Source of the DNA: Spirochaetota bacterium
GTDB lineage: Bacteria > Spirochaetota > UBA4802 > UBA5550
Reading direction: 5' to 3'
Assembly (NCBI GenBank): GCA_963664815.2
Contig: CAXXHB010000003.1
Location: forward strand, 2,976,001-3,040,000
Length of the DNA stretch: 64,000 nucleotides
Position 1 is the first letter of the stretch; each line of letters begins with the position of its first letter. This document shows, piece by piece, positions 40,436 through 50,657 of this stretch. Both the position numbers and the translations under genes were made by a program. The notes beneath the pieces are model-generated. The model saw nothing but the letters and a program-made list of their open reading frames with translations. It did not search any database and was not told where the DNA came from.

Positions 40436-41947
40436 TTAAAAATATCTTTTAGTAATCAATTTAATTTTAATAATTCTATATATATTCATTTCTGCTTTTG
40501 TTTTAAATCTTTTAGTTAATAAATTGAAAAATTGCATTATAACATGAACCGGATGGTATACAATTTTCCATAACAGAAATTTAAAATATAAACCATCTCT
40601 AAATTTGCTTAATTCAATATAATCTTCCCTCCATGAGGGTGAAAATGTCAACTCAGAGTAATCTTTAAATCCTTCTATCATACCGAATGTTTTTGTTCCT
40701 GGAATTGGAGTCATAATAAATAATGCAATTTCATCAATACCCTTTTTAGCTAATTGTTTCACATAACTTCTTGTCAATTTTAAATCATTAGACTGTTCCC
40801 CCGGATACCCCAGTACAAAACACGCTTGTGAATATATACCATTTCTTTTCATCTCACTTGTCATAGCTAAGGCATACTGATGATTAAAAGGTTTATTCAT
40901 CAACTGTAATACCCTTAAAGAACCGGACTCGGGGGAAAAAGATATATAATTACACCCTGCCCTTTTCATCAGTTTTAATGTTTCAATATGCATTGTCTCT
41001 ATCTTACTACCTGATGCAAGCTTCCATGTAATTTTCAGCTTTTTCCCGATTACCAATTCACAGAATCTAATTATTCTTTCCTCATCTGCAGTAGGGTTTA
41101 CATCTTCAAAATGAAATTCATAAACACCAAACCTTTCAATCATATATTCAATTTCTGCTATTATATTTTCCGGACTTCGGTATCTCCATTTCCTATTGTT
41201 TGTTGCTGGTATTATACAAAAATTACAATTAAAAGGGCAACCTCTTGAGGTTAACAGCGGAAGGTATTTATTACTTTCAAGCGGACCATGCGAGTAACCA
41301 AGCCTCCAGTAATTTTCTAATGGGAAATCTCCCCAATCGGGAAAAGGTAAATCATCAATATTTAATATAAAACCATCTTTAGACTGATCAATAATACTTC
41401 CATAATAGTTAAATATAATTCCATCAATCCCGCTTAATAAATTCATCTCACCACTATCTAATACTTCTAATAATCGTGAAACCCTCTCTTCTGGTTCACC
41501 GAGGACAATATAATCAATCCCTGAATTTATAAGCTCATCTCTAATATGTTCCAAAGAGCATCCTATAACAGCTTCAGAATTCTCAATTATTATTATAATC
41601 ATATCATGATTCTTTGCTTTAATAGCTTTAATTATATTCAATATAATAATATGTGCAGTTATTGTACTATAATACAGGATTGTACAATTTATATTGGATT
41701 TCATTCTATCCATCACTTCATTAATAGTAAGACCCTGAATATAAAATTTACTTTCTCTACTGAATTGAAATGGTTTTTCACCAAATGCATCAATAACATT
41801 TATATTATAATTGTTTTTCTTTAGTTTCGCAGCAAGATATGCTAATGGATAGGGCATAAATGGAATTCCACTTCCTAAATGGTCATCAATCTGAGTTAAT
41901 AACGGGGGATTTATTAAATTAATACTTTTCATTGCATGACTCTTCAC
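40436..41947 (-). CDS. B12-binding domain radical SAM enzyme (divergent cobalamin domain)
   Basis: PYPLAYLAA, LGEPEE, TSRGCPFNCNFC, PESGS, PIPGT. Confidence 0.88.
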   Translation of the reverse strand: MKSHAMKSINLINPPLLTQIDDHLGSGIPFMPYPLAYLAAKLKKNNYNINVIDAFGEKPFQFSRESKFYIQGLTINEVMDRMKSNINCTILYYSTITAHIIILNIIKAIKAKNHDMIIIIIENSEAVIGCSLEHIRDELINSGIDYIVLGEPEERVSRLLEVLDSGEMNLLSGIDGIIFNYYGSIIDQSKDGFILNIDDLPFPDWGDFPLENYWRLGYSHGPLESNKYLPLLTSRGCPFNCNFCIIPATNNRKWRYRSPENIIAEIEYMIERFGVYEFHFEDVNPTADEERIIRFCELVIGKKLKITWKLASGSKIETMHIETLKLMKRAGCNYISFSPESGSLRVLQLMNKPFNHQYALAMTSEMKRNGIYSQACFVLGYPGEQSNDLKLTRSYVKQLAKKGIDEIALFIMTPIPGTKTFGMIEGFKDYSELTFSPSWREDYIELSKFRDGLYFKFLLWKIVYHPVHVIMQFFNLLTKRFKTKAEMNIYRIIKIKLITKRYF

Positions 41948-41958
41948 TTACAAGTCAA

Positions 41959-43986
41959 TTATTGAATATATTTAAAAACAACTAATTCACCATCTTCAAA
42001 TACAGGAGAAAAAGATAATTTATATCTTCGATATTTATTTGCCGCAGAGGATTTTGCATCAATAATAATATATCTGCAATTATATTTTTTTAGCAATTCT
42101 ATTATCAAGGTTTTGCTATTTTTAAAAGATGTAATTGTATTTACATCTGCTATTCTTAATTTACCCTCTTCATAATCACTCATTCTTATTGACATAATGG
42201 CTATTGTTTTTTGCTGTGTCATAGCCCCGATAAGATAGGAAAGATCCTGAGAAGATGCTATGACACTATTCGCCGGTACTTTTTCTTTTAAAAAAATAAA
42301 AAGCGGTTTTTCACCAATTTTTTTAATATCAACAAAACCTTTTTGATTAGTCAGTGCATTTATAAAAACTTTTCGTGTTGGAGCATATATAAAAATACAC
42401 GTTAGAAGTATAAAAGGTAAAGTAAATAAAACAACTGAACGAAAACGTCGCATTACAACATCCGGTTTAAGATCTATAAAAAGTTTAGGATTCGATACAA
42501 CAATACCTAAAACCGTAAACAGCGAAACACGAAATAGGATATTATGTGAATACCAGCCAGTTCTATAATATAATACAACAGATATTAAATGTGAAATCCA
42601 AGGGGCAAGGACTGGATTAAAAACAATGAAAAGCGGAACTATTAGGATTGATGTTAATAAAATAATTATATTTTTGTATTCGTGACGCCATATCCAAAAA
42701 AGTAATGGCAACATTAACAAGCCGGCGACTTCAAATGGGTAACCTTTGATGACCCAGAGAGGATCGAACATAATATAACGATCACCAAAAATAAGAAATC
42801 CATCTCTACCTGTTGCATAAGCTTTTAAGGAAAAAGTAAAATCAGCATAACCTGATGCTTTTTTTAAATTAAAATATTTACTGCCATTAACAATGCCAAC
42901 TATTAATAAAAATATTGAACCCAGCGTAAAAAAACGCTTTATGTTAATTAGTTCAAGATTTTTATTGATACACCCTCCAACAAAACATGATAAAAAAATA
43001 AGAGATAAATAATATGCAAAACTTGCATGACCGCTGACTGCGGCCATAGTAAATAATCCTGATGCGATCAAGTTTGAATTTTTACCATTTAATAGATATT
43101 TAAGATAAAACACAATTGCTAACGGAAAAATGATATCATGAACCATCTCTCCCGGATAAGGCAAAAAGGAATAATAAAAATTCTGGAATACTGTACGATA
43201 AGCGCCAAAAAATGGTATCACAAAAAGCCAGAAACATACAGACAAAAATGTTACAACAAAAGAAATCCAAGGATATTTAACAAACTCTTTAACTAAAACA
43301 TAAAATGCACTGATGGCAGTTATCGAAAGTATAGCAGACATTACTATATAAACAACAGGGGCCTCAACATGACCTAAGTATGATATAAAACCCATGACAA
43401 AATACCATACATTCTCGATATAAGGGGAGAGAGGCAACATCCCATTAACAAAAGCATCTGACTTACTTAAAAGATACTCTGATTGTGCTATATTTCGTAA
43501 AGAACCGATATGATAAAATGTATCGAAAAAAATCCCATGAAATTGACTACTAATATATACAAAAATGCAAAAAATAAAGCTTAATATACAAAAACTTATT
43601 ACAGGCCAATTCAAATTTAATCCATGTATAAATGTCCTTGTCTTCTTTTCTTTACTGAAAATAACAAGAACAAAATAAACCATGATAATAAAAATTAGAA
43701 AATATACAAAAAACATTAAAGGTAATTGGAATCTGAAACCTATCATGGAAGGGACTACCCAGAAAGATACACCTAAGCAAAAAATTATCGAAATATTCTC
43801 AAGCACATCAAAGCCTTCTGAATTCCTAAACAAATAATAATTCAGAATTGAACCTGGAAGGAATATCACTGTTATAATAGTAACAAAAGCTTTGATTGGC
43901 TCATAAAGTAGTAAAGATAAATGAAAAAATAATGAAATGGATATTAATGCACATAAACATATAAAGACTTTTTTAATTAATACCAT
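41959..43986 (-). CDS. Large polytopic membrane protein, putative GT-C fold glycosyltransferase
   Basis: 675 aa, many TM, DTFYH in first large loop, soluble C-terminal domain FLKEKVPANSVIAS...LLKKYNCRYII. Confidence 0.6.
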   Translation of the reverse strand: MVLIKKVFICLCALISISLFFHLSLLLYEPIKAFVTIITVIFLPGSILNYYLFRNSEGFDVLENISIIFCLGVSFWVVPSMIGFRFQLPLMFFVYFLIFIIMVYFVLVIFSKEKKTRTFIHGLNLNWPVISFCILSFIFCIFVYISSQFHGIFFDTFYHIGSLRNIAQSEYLLSKSDAFVNGMLPLSPYIENVWYFVMGFISYLGHVEAPVVYIVMSAILSITAISAFYVLVKEFVKYPWISFVVTFLSVCFWLFVIPFFGAYRTVFQNFYYSFLPYPGEMVHDIIFPLAIVFYLKYLLNGKNSNLIASGLFTMAAVSGHASFAYYLSLIFLSCFVGGCINKNLELINIKRFFTLGSIFLLIVGIVNGSKYFNLKKASGYADFTFSLKAYATGRDGFLIFGDRYIMFDPLWVIKGYPFEVAGLLMLPLLFWIWRHEYKNIIILLTSILIVPLFIVFNPVLAPWISHLISVVLYYRTGWYSHNILFRVSLFTVLGIVVSNPKLFIDLKPDVVMRRFRSVVLFTLPFILLTCIFIYAPTRKVFINALTNQKGFVDIKKIGEKPLFIFLKEKVPANSVIASSQDLSYLIGAMTQQKTIAIMSIRMSDYEEGKLRIADVNTITSFKNSKTLIIELLKKYNCRYIIIDAKSSAANKYRRYKLSFSPVFEDGELVVFKYIQ

Positions 43987-44419
43987 TTTATTAAATTCCT
44001 TATGAAATTAAATTTCAACTAGCTATAAAAAATAAGAATTCTTGACTATAAACTCCAATTCAGTACTGATTTATTCTTAGTAATTGAATTATAAATCATT
44101 TAATCATAAAATCTCTTCTGCTTAGTTTTTAAAAAACATTGATAAACAGTTAGTTAAAAATATTATCACAATCTATTCACGATATTCATTATGATTTATA
44201 ATGCTTCGTATATTTTTAATTACTCAATTACCATATTTCTGGTCAATTCTACAAATTTAAATTTTTGGCTCCTCCTCAAATTTTCTCTTACATAGGGAGA
44301 ATTGCCAAGAAGTGTTTCAAATTATGTAGAATGGGAAAAAGTGAATCAATAATAAAAATACTTTTTTATATCATATCAAATACAAATATAAAAAACCTTT
44401 AGTATTATTTATCTCTGTT

Positions 44420-44739
44420 TATCATCTCATCTCAATTTCTAAATCTGCAACTTTATAAACTCCACATCTTTTCTTTTAATAAGCAGTGGATATCTTATGC
44501 TTTTTACATATCCTTTTTTAAGTTAAAACATACTTATAATCTAGCTTATTATTACTTTTTTGAAATATTTTCAGTTTTATAAGTCTCTTTTCTGTAAGGG
44601 ATTTAGGAATATTTTTACTTTCCCAAGACTATATCACAACCTAATGCTGAAAACACGCTGACTATATATTAGCTTTTCCAATTTCTTAAAATATTGTATA
44701 GGCATTCTAAAGGAAGATATTATCAATATTTCTGTTCAT
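44420..44739 (-). pseudogene. Decayed EPS-associated MarR-family transcriptional regulator
   Basis: Fragments across stops and frameshifts: SQRVFSIRL*YSLGKV / KSLTEKRLIKLKIFQKSNNKLDYKYVLT / KKG...LIKRKDVEFIKLQ, matching the family pattern SQR..LGKVN..L.EKG.IK..F.KS.NK..Y.Y.LT.KG. Confidence 0.75.
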
Positions 44740-44863
44740 CTGTTGAACAATCGTTAATTATATTTTTTTGTCAAGCAGAAATCCTCTTGATCCAACCCAC
44801 TCCGAAAACAATATAATGATTGCTTAAAAATTGAAAAACTAAACTTGAAAGTGGTCAAATATC

Positions 44864-44950
44864 ATGCTTGCCCTTGGTCACCATGCATGTATGAACGGGT
44901 ACACAGCTTATTACATGAGTTGCCGGGATGCTGTTGATGACATCGGGGTA
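44864..44950 (+). mobile_element. Short IS21-family IstB (helper ATPase)-like remnant
   Basis: Locally GC-richer stretch translating MLALGHHACMNGYTAYYMSCRDAVDDI, resembling the segment after Walker A in IstB; no intact Walker A or transposase. Confidence 0.4.
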
Positions 44951-45053
44951 GGATCAATATTAATAATTGTTTTATTCATTTTTTATTTTCATTTTTTACA
45001 AGGCAAAGTTAGCGTTCAACCTTAGTACACCCTGTGCTTATGTCTAATGCAAA

Positions 45054-45914
45054 TTACTTTATTGAATTTATAAACTTGTCAAGGCTTTCCTTATATGGGT
45101 ATATTCTAACACCTTCAATTGCGGTAATCTTGTTCAGATCCAGAACCGAATATAACGGCCGCTTTACTTTCGAAGGATACTGCCCGCTTGGCACCGGGTT
45201 AATTATTACTTTACTGTGAACAATTCCTTTTCTTAGTGCAAGTTTATAAATCTCGCAGGCAAATTCATACCATGTTGTTTCACCACTATCTGAATAATTA
45301 TATATTCCATATCGATTTGAATCGAATTTAATAAAACTATATATGGTCTCGGCAAGATCGTAAGACCATGTAGGGCATCCCTTTTGATCATTTACAACGT
45401 TCAATGACTCTTTTTCATTGAATAGGCGAAGCATTGTGGATACAAAATTATTACCATATTTACCATAAAGCCATGAGGTCCTTATTATAAAATACTTCCC
45501 GGTTTTCTCTTTAATCCTGTACTCACCTGCAAGTTTGCTGCAGCCGTAAACGCCAAGCGGATTTACCGGATCATCTTCTCTGTAAGGTTTTGTCCCGCTA
45601 CCGCCGAAAACATAATCGGTTGACACATGAATAATCTTTGCCCCGATATTTTTTGCTATCTCTGCAAGATTTCCTGCCCCTGCTTCATTTATCAGAAAAG
45701 CCAGCTCAGATTCATCTTCAGCTTTGTCGACAGCCGTATAGGCCGAGCAATTTACAATCCAGCTTATATTTTTATCAGTTGAAAAACTCATAAGCACCTG
45801 AATATCTGTTATGTCACAATCTTTATCAGTACCGGTAAAAACAGCATTATTACACGCCAGGTATTCACATAATTCTTTCCCCAGCATTCCATCAGCCCCG
45901 ACTACCCAGATCAT
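45054..45914 (-). CDS. rfbD: dTDP-4-dehydrorhamnose reductase
   Basis: GADGMLG, AYTAVDKAE, STDYVF, YGCSKLAGE, RTSWLYG. Confidence 0.95.
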   Translation of the reverse strand: MIWVVGADGMLGKELCEYLACNNAVFTGTDKDCDITDIQVLMSFSTDKNISWIVNCSAYTAVDKAEDESELAFLINEAGAGNLAEIAKNIGAKIIHVSTDYVFGGSGTKPYREDDPVNPLGVYGCSKLAGEYRIKEKTGKYFIIRTSWLYGKYGNNFVSTMLRLFNEKESLNVVNDQKGCPTWSYDLAETIYSFIKFDSNRYGIYNYSDSGETTWYEFACEIYKLALRKGIVHSKVIINPVPSGQYPSKVKRPLYSVLDLNKITAIEGVRIYPYKESLDKFINSIK

Positions 45915-46468
45915 TACCAGAGTTCTCTGCAATTAATATCTTTTAAAAATGGAAGATTGTTATCTTTTGCTGATACCGATACTTCAGTCAAAGGCCACTG
46001 AACTGCTATATCAGGATCGTCCCAGCGGATACCTCCATCACTTTCTGCATTATACTCGGCAGTACATTTATACAGAAATTCGGTATTATCCTCAAGAGTA
46101 ACAAATCCATGGGCAAAACCGGGTGGCATGTAGATCATTATACCACTGACAGAATTAAGCTCAAGTCCAAACCATCTTCTAAATGTCTGCGACTCCGGAC
46201 GAAGATCGACAGCTACATCCCATACACTTCCGGATGTTACCCGTACAAGTTTACCCTGAGCATGTATTCCCCTCTGAAAATGAAGCCCGCGCAATATACC
46301 TTTTGATGACATCGAATGATTATCCTGCACAAAGGGAAGATTTATGCCGTTACTGATAAAATCAGATTCCTTATATGTCTCCATAAAAAACCCACGTCCA
46401 TCTGGGAATATACGCGATTTTACAACGACAAGACCATCGATAAAAGTTTTTTCAAATGTAAAGGGCAT
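45914..46468 (-). CDS. rfbC: dTDP-4-dehydrorhamnose 3,5-epimerase
   Basis: DGRGFFME, VQDNHS, LRGLHFQ, GFAHGF. Confidence 0.96.
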   Translation of the reverse strand: MPFTFEKTFIDGLVVVKSRIFPDGRGFFMETYKESDFISNGINLPFVQDNHSMSSKGILRGLHFQRGIHAQGKLVRVTSGSVWDVAVDLRPESQTFRRWFGLELNSVSGIMIYMPPGFAHGFVTLEDNTEFLYKCTAEYNAESDGGIRWDDPDIAVQWPLTEVSVSAKDNNLPFLKDINCRELW

Positions 46469-47352
46469 TATAAATCACCCAATTTATCATCATCTGCAAC
46501 ACGCGTTAAATATGATCCGTATGTGGATTTATTAAGCTTATCCGCAAGTTTAAGAAAGTCTATTTTTGAAATAAACTTCATTCTATAGGCAATTTCTTCA
46601 ATACATGCAATCTTAAGCCCCTGCCTGTATTCAATTGCCTTTACAAAATCTGTAGCCTCCGCGAGAGAATCGTGGGTACCGGTATCAAGCCAGGCAAAAC
46701 CGCGCCCCATAAGCTGTACATTAAGTAATCCCTTTTTAAGGTATTCTTTATTGAGATCGGTTATTTCGTACTCACCGCGTGCTGATGGTTTAAGATTTTC
46801 GGCAATATCAATAACGCTGTTATCATAAAAATATAGTCCTACCACCGCATAATTTGATTTAGGTTTTTCTGGCTTCTCTTCAATTGATATGACCTTACCA
46901 TCCGGACCAAACTCGACCACCCCATATCTTTCCGGATCATTTACATAATACCCGAAAACAGTGGCTCCCTTTTCAAGCATAACAGAATTCTGCAGTAGTT
47001 CCGTAAGTCCATGACCGTAAAAAATATTATCCCCCAATACAAGGCAGACAGAATCTTTACCTATAAATTCTTTACCAAGGACAAAGGCTTGTGCCAATCC
47101 ATTCGGCTTTTCCTGGACTTTATATGATATTTTTAATCCCAGATCAGATCCTTTTCCAAGCAGTGACTCAAAGCGGGGAGTATCCTCCGGTGTGGATATA
47201 ATAAGGATTTCTTTGATACCGGCCAGCATCAACGTAGAGAGAGGATAGTAAATCATCGGTTTATCATAAACAGGGAGAAGCTGCTTACATACAACCCGTG
47301 TTACCGGATAAAGTCTTGTACCGGCTCCCCCGGCTAAAATTATTCCTTTCAT
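46468..47352 (-). CDS. rfbA: Glucose-1-phosphate thymidylyltransferase
   Basis: [43 protein letters not shown]. Confidence 0.97.
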   Translation of the reverse strand: MKGIILAGGAGTRLYPVTRVVCKQLLPVYDKPMIYYPLSTLMLAGIKEILIISTPEDTPRFESLLGKGSDLGLKISYKVQEKPNGLAQAFVLGKEFIGKDSVCLVLGDNIFYGHGLTELLQNSVMLEKGATVFGYYVNDPERYGVVEFGPDGKVISIEEKPEKPKSNYAVVGLYFYDNSVIDIAENLKPSARGEYEITDLNKEYLKKGLLNVQLMGRGFAWLDTGTHDSLAEATDFVKAIEYRQGLKIACIEEIAYRMKFISKIDFLKLADKLNKSTYGSYLTRVADDDKLGDL

Positions 47353-47428
47353 TAAATACTCCATAATACAACAGATATGATGCAAAATTATATTTTTTTA
47401 TTTTTATGTCAAAATGTTTTTTTGTAAT

Positions 47429-48094
47429 TCAATCAAACAATTCTTTTGGTCTTTGAGGAAGTTCATGAAGTATTTTTTCATATAAATGACTCTTCGGGGA
47501 AAATATAACCCAGGCAGTTAAAAAGATCAGCTTCATATCAAGGATAAAGCTGTAATTCTTTTTATACCATATTTCAAGTTCGCCCTTATAGGGTGATATA
47601 TCCTCTCGGTAACAATCGATATGATTTTTGGATGAACGTGCAATTATATATTCTTCATCCCTGAAAACTATAGATCCTATTCCCGTAAGCCCCGGTTTCA
47701 AATCTGTAATTCTTTTTTTTACATGCTCCGGATAATATGAAAATGTCTTCGGTGTAAGCGGCCTGGGACCTACAACACTTATATCTCCCTTAAGAATATT
47801 AAATAATTGAGGCAACTCATTGATTTTTGTTTTTCTTAAAATCCTACCGAAAGGGAGAACCCTCGGATCATTTCCCATTGTTATATCTCCGCCGGTCATA
47901 TTGGGGCTATCTTTCAGCATGGTAGCGAATTTCAGAAGATTAAATTTTTTTCCATTTTTGCCAATCCGCTGCTGCTTGTAAAAAATATATCCTTCACCTG
48001 TAAAACGCAAAATCACCATTACGGGTATTAAAAGCGGAAACAGAATTAAAACAGAAATTAGGGAAGAAGCGATATCAAATAACCTCTTTAACAT
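47429..48094 (-). CDS. Small phosphoglycosyl transferase (Bac_transf, PglC/WbqP-like initiator)
   Basis: KRLFDI, KFATM, DPRV, LRKTKINELPQL, VGPRP, KPGLTG. Confidence 0.9.
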   Translation of the reverse strand: MLKRLFDIASSLISVLILFPLLIPVMVILRFTGEGYIFYKQQRIGKNGKKFNLLKFATMLKDSPNMTGGDITMGNDPRVLPFGRILRKTKINELPQLFNILKGDISVVGPRPLTPKTFSYYPEHVKKRITDLKPGLTGIGSIVFRDEEYIIARSSKNHIDCYREDISPYKGELEIWYKKNYSFILDMKLIFLTAWVIFSPKSHLYEKILHELPQRPKELFD

Positions 48095-48098
48095 TGAA

Positions 48099-49292
48099 TT
48101 ACATCCTGTTATCCAGAAATTTACCGGTTTCCCTGTGTCCAAAGTCCGGTATCATCCGATAAAATAATTCCACCAGCTCCTGCCGTGCCCATTTACCATT
48201 TTTTTTCATATTTTCAATCGACTCTGTAAACAATTCAAGCATATCATTATCGAAGTTCGGATCACTTTTTATTATGCCTATACTGCTGAACCTGTTTATA
48301 TCAAGTGTTTCATTATCTGTAAAAAACTCTTCGAAATCCTTTTCACCTGTTGTATCGCTTTTAAAAAAATAACATGGCCATTGTTTTTTATTTATAGAAA
48401 CATCAACTAAAGTCCTTGCCTCCTCTTCACTCCCGCATAATAACGGCTCATATCCAAGATAGTTAAGATACTTTACCGCTATATCAGAAAATGTTATAAG
48501 ATGAAGTTTTTCACTAAGCTTTGGGAAGAATATGTCACGATTTTCTCCCAACAGACATGACATCAGACAAAGCTCCCCCGATTCTTTTGGCGTAACAAAA
48601 TATCGTTTAACATCATTTGGCGCTGCTAAAGGCTGCCTTTTTGCTATACGCTGATTGAAACCATGAAGAAGACTCCCATCAGAAAATGCAACATTAGCAA
48701 AGCGAGCCATAGATATCTGTTGATCAACACTTCTACGCATCATATACATTTCCATAATTCTCTTTGAAGCGCCCATCATATTAGCCGGGTTTGCGGCTTT
48801 ATCTGTTGAAACACAAAAGTATTTTCTGCTTTTATGTGCCATCGCAAGTCCGGCGAGATCGTCTGCATTAAAAATGTTAGTCTTTATAAGCCTCATCAGT
48901 GTATAAGGATCCTTTTCACTGCGGACATGTTTGAGAGCTGACAGATTCAAAATGTAATCATAGGGGCCATTTTCTTTCACAAATGCATCAAATTCAATCG
49001 ATGCACTATCTATTGGCAAAGCCTGAAAGTCTCCATCAATATATCCAAGTGAACTTCGTATATCACGCACCAGCTCTGCTGTATTATTTTCACTTATATC
49101 CACTACATGGAGAACCTTTGGTTTGCGTTTAAAAATCTCTTTAACCACAGCCTGCCCGATTGAACCGGCGCCGCCTATAACTAAAAATTTTGCATTATTA
49201 ACAAGCTCGTTTAAAAATTTATCGTCATTTGAAATATCATCTGAAAATAATGGTTCATCACGACCTATCAAACCAAGTATATTATTGCTCAC
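48099..49292 (-). CDS. UDP-N-acetylglucosamine 4,6-dehydratase (short soluble Polysacc_synt_2 form)
   Basis: GGAGSIG, ALKHVRSE, STDKAANPANMMGASK, RFANVAFSDGS. Confidence 0.88.
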   Translation of the reverse strand: MSNNILGLIGRDEPLFSDDISNDDKFLNELVNNAKFLVIGGAGSIGQAVVKEIFKRKPKVLHVVDISENNTAELVRDIRSSLGYIDGDFQALPIDSASIEFDAFVKENGPYDYILNLSALKHVRSEKDPYTLMRLIKTNIFNADDLAGLAMAHKSRKYFCVSTDKAANPANMMGASKRIMEMYMMRRSVDQQISMARFANVAFSDGSLLHGFNQRIAKRQPLAAPNDVKRYFVTPKESGELCLMSCLLGENRDIFFPKLSEKLHLITFSDIAVKYLNYLGYEPLLCGSEEEARTLVDVSINKKQWPCYFFKSDTTGEKDFEEFFTDNETLDINRFSSIGIIKSDPNFDNDMLELFTESIENMKKNGKWARQELVELFYRMIPDFGHRETGKFLDNRM

Positions 49293-49390
49293 TTCAGTTA
49301 CCCGTAATATCCTTAACTTTTTTTATATTATTTTGCAGCTTATTTAATTTTTTTTAATAAATTGTGAAGGAAATGGGAGCACTTCAAACT

Positions 49391-50611
49391 TTATCCACCC
49401 TTTACTTCGTTACTGAAGATGCTTAATAGCTGAGTAAGCAGAGAATTACTATTAAAATTTTTTTCAAAATATTCTCTCCCGTTTATCCCAATTTTCGATC
49501 TGCTCTCTCGGTCCAAATTATACATTTTTATAACTATTGCCGCCAAACAGTCGGGATTATTGTACGAACAGGTAAAACCGGCTTTGGCATCATTAACAAC
49601 CCTGGCCCCTTCCCCATCAATTGCCGCAATTACTGGTTTTCCACAAGCTAAATAAGTCTGTATTTTTGCCGGTAAAGTCAGGCTGAATACCGGCTCATTT
49701 TTTAATGATAAAAACAGACAATCGGCTAATGAAAAATAATCAGGCATCATTTCGAGAGGTTTTCTTCCAAGCATTATTATATTTTCCTGCAAATCTCTAT
49801 CACGAATATGTTCTTCTAATAATAATTTCATTCTCCCATCACCAATAATAATCCAGTAAATATCAGAATACTTTTTTAATTTTTCAGCAACATCAATAAT
49901 TATCTCCAGCCCTTGTGCAGCACCGATATTACCTGCAAACATGATTTTGAATCCATTGGGTAAAATTTCCGCTTGAAGATCGCCTTCAGGTTTTACATTA
50001 AATATATCCTCACCCCATTGGGGCCAGTATATTATCTTTGAGTCTGAAATATTATATTTTTTTATATTGTCAATAAATCCTTTAGAAGGAACCAGTATCT
50101 TATCACAATTCTTATATATAAAGTATACCATCTTACCAACAACTTTTAAAATCTTCTCGGACTTAACAGCACCTACTGCCAACAGACTCTCTGGCCACAA
50201 ATCCAGAGTATACATAACCAATGGTACTTTTTTTATTTTTTTCAAGAATATGGCCGGTATTGCTGCAGTTATTGGGGAAAGTTGATATACAAAGATTATA
50301 TCATATTCAGGTATTTTAAGAAATGGAACCCAAAAACAACCAAATATCATAAACGATAAATAATTTAATATAAGACGAAGCCCACTACCGTCTCCCCGTG
50401 GAATCAATGGAACACGAATTATATCAGCTCCATGAAATTTTTCTTTATATTTTTTAAAAAAACCGTACCCTGGATAAAATCTACCATCCGGGTAATTTGG
50501 TTTACCGGTAATCACTGTAACCTTGTTCCCCTGCTCAACAAGACGTTTTGTTATATCATTTATTCTAAAATTTTCAGGCCAAAAATATTGACTAACAATT
50601 AATATATGCAT
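49391..50611 (-). CDS. wbuB: GT4 WbuB-like L-FucNAc transferase
   Basis: SQYFWPE, TGKPNYP, DLWPES, FAGNIGAAQ, PAKIQTYLACG; downstream of fnlABC. Confidence 0.8.
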   Translation of the reverse strand: MHILIVSQYFWPENFRINDITKRLVEQGNKVTVITGKPNYPDGRFYPGYGFFKKYKEKFHGADIIRVPLIPRGDGSGLRLILNYLSFMIFGCFWVPFLKIPEYDIIFVYQLSPITAAIPAIFLKKIKKVPLVMYTLDLWPESLLAVGAVKSEKILKVVGKMVYFIYKNCDKILVPSKGFIDNIKKYNISDSKIIYWPQWGEDIFNVKPEGDLQAEILPNGFKIMFAGNIGAAQGLEIIIDVAEKLKKYSDIYWIIIGDGRMKLLLEEHIRDRDLQENIIMLGRKPLEMMPDYFSLADCLFLSLKNEPVFSLTLPAKIQTYLACGKPVIAAIDGEGARVVNDAKAGFTCSYNNPDCLAAIVIKMYNLDRESRSKIGINGREYFEKNFNSNSLLTQLLSIFSNEVKGG

Positions 50612-50657
50612 AAATACCCGATAACAGTTAAAGATTTTTAACAGATTTATTTATCTA

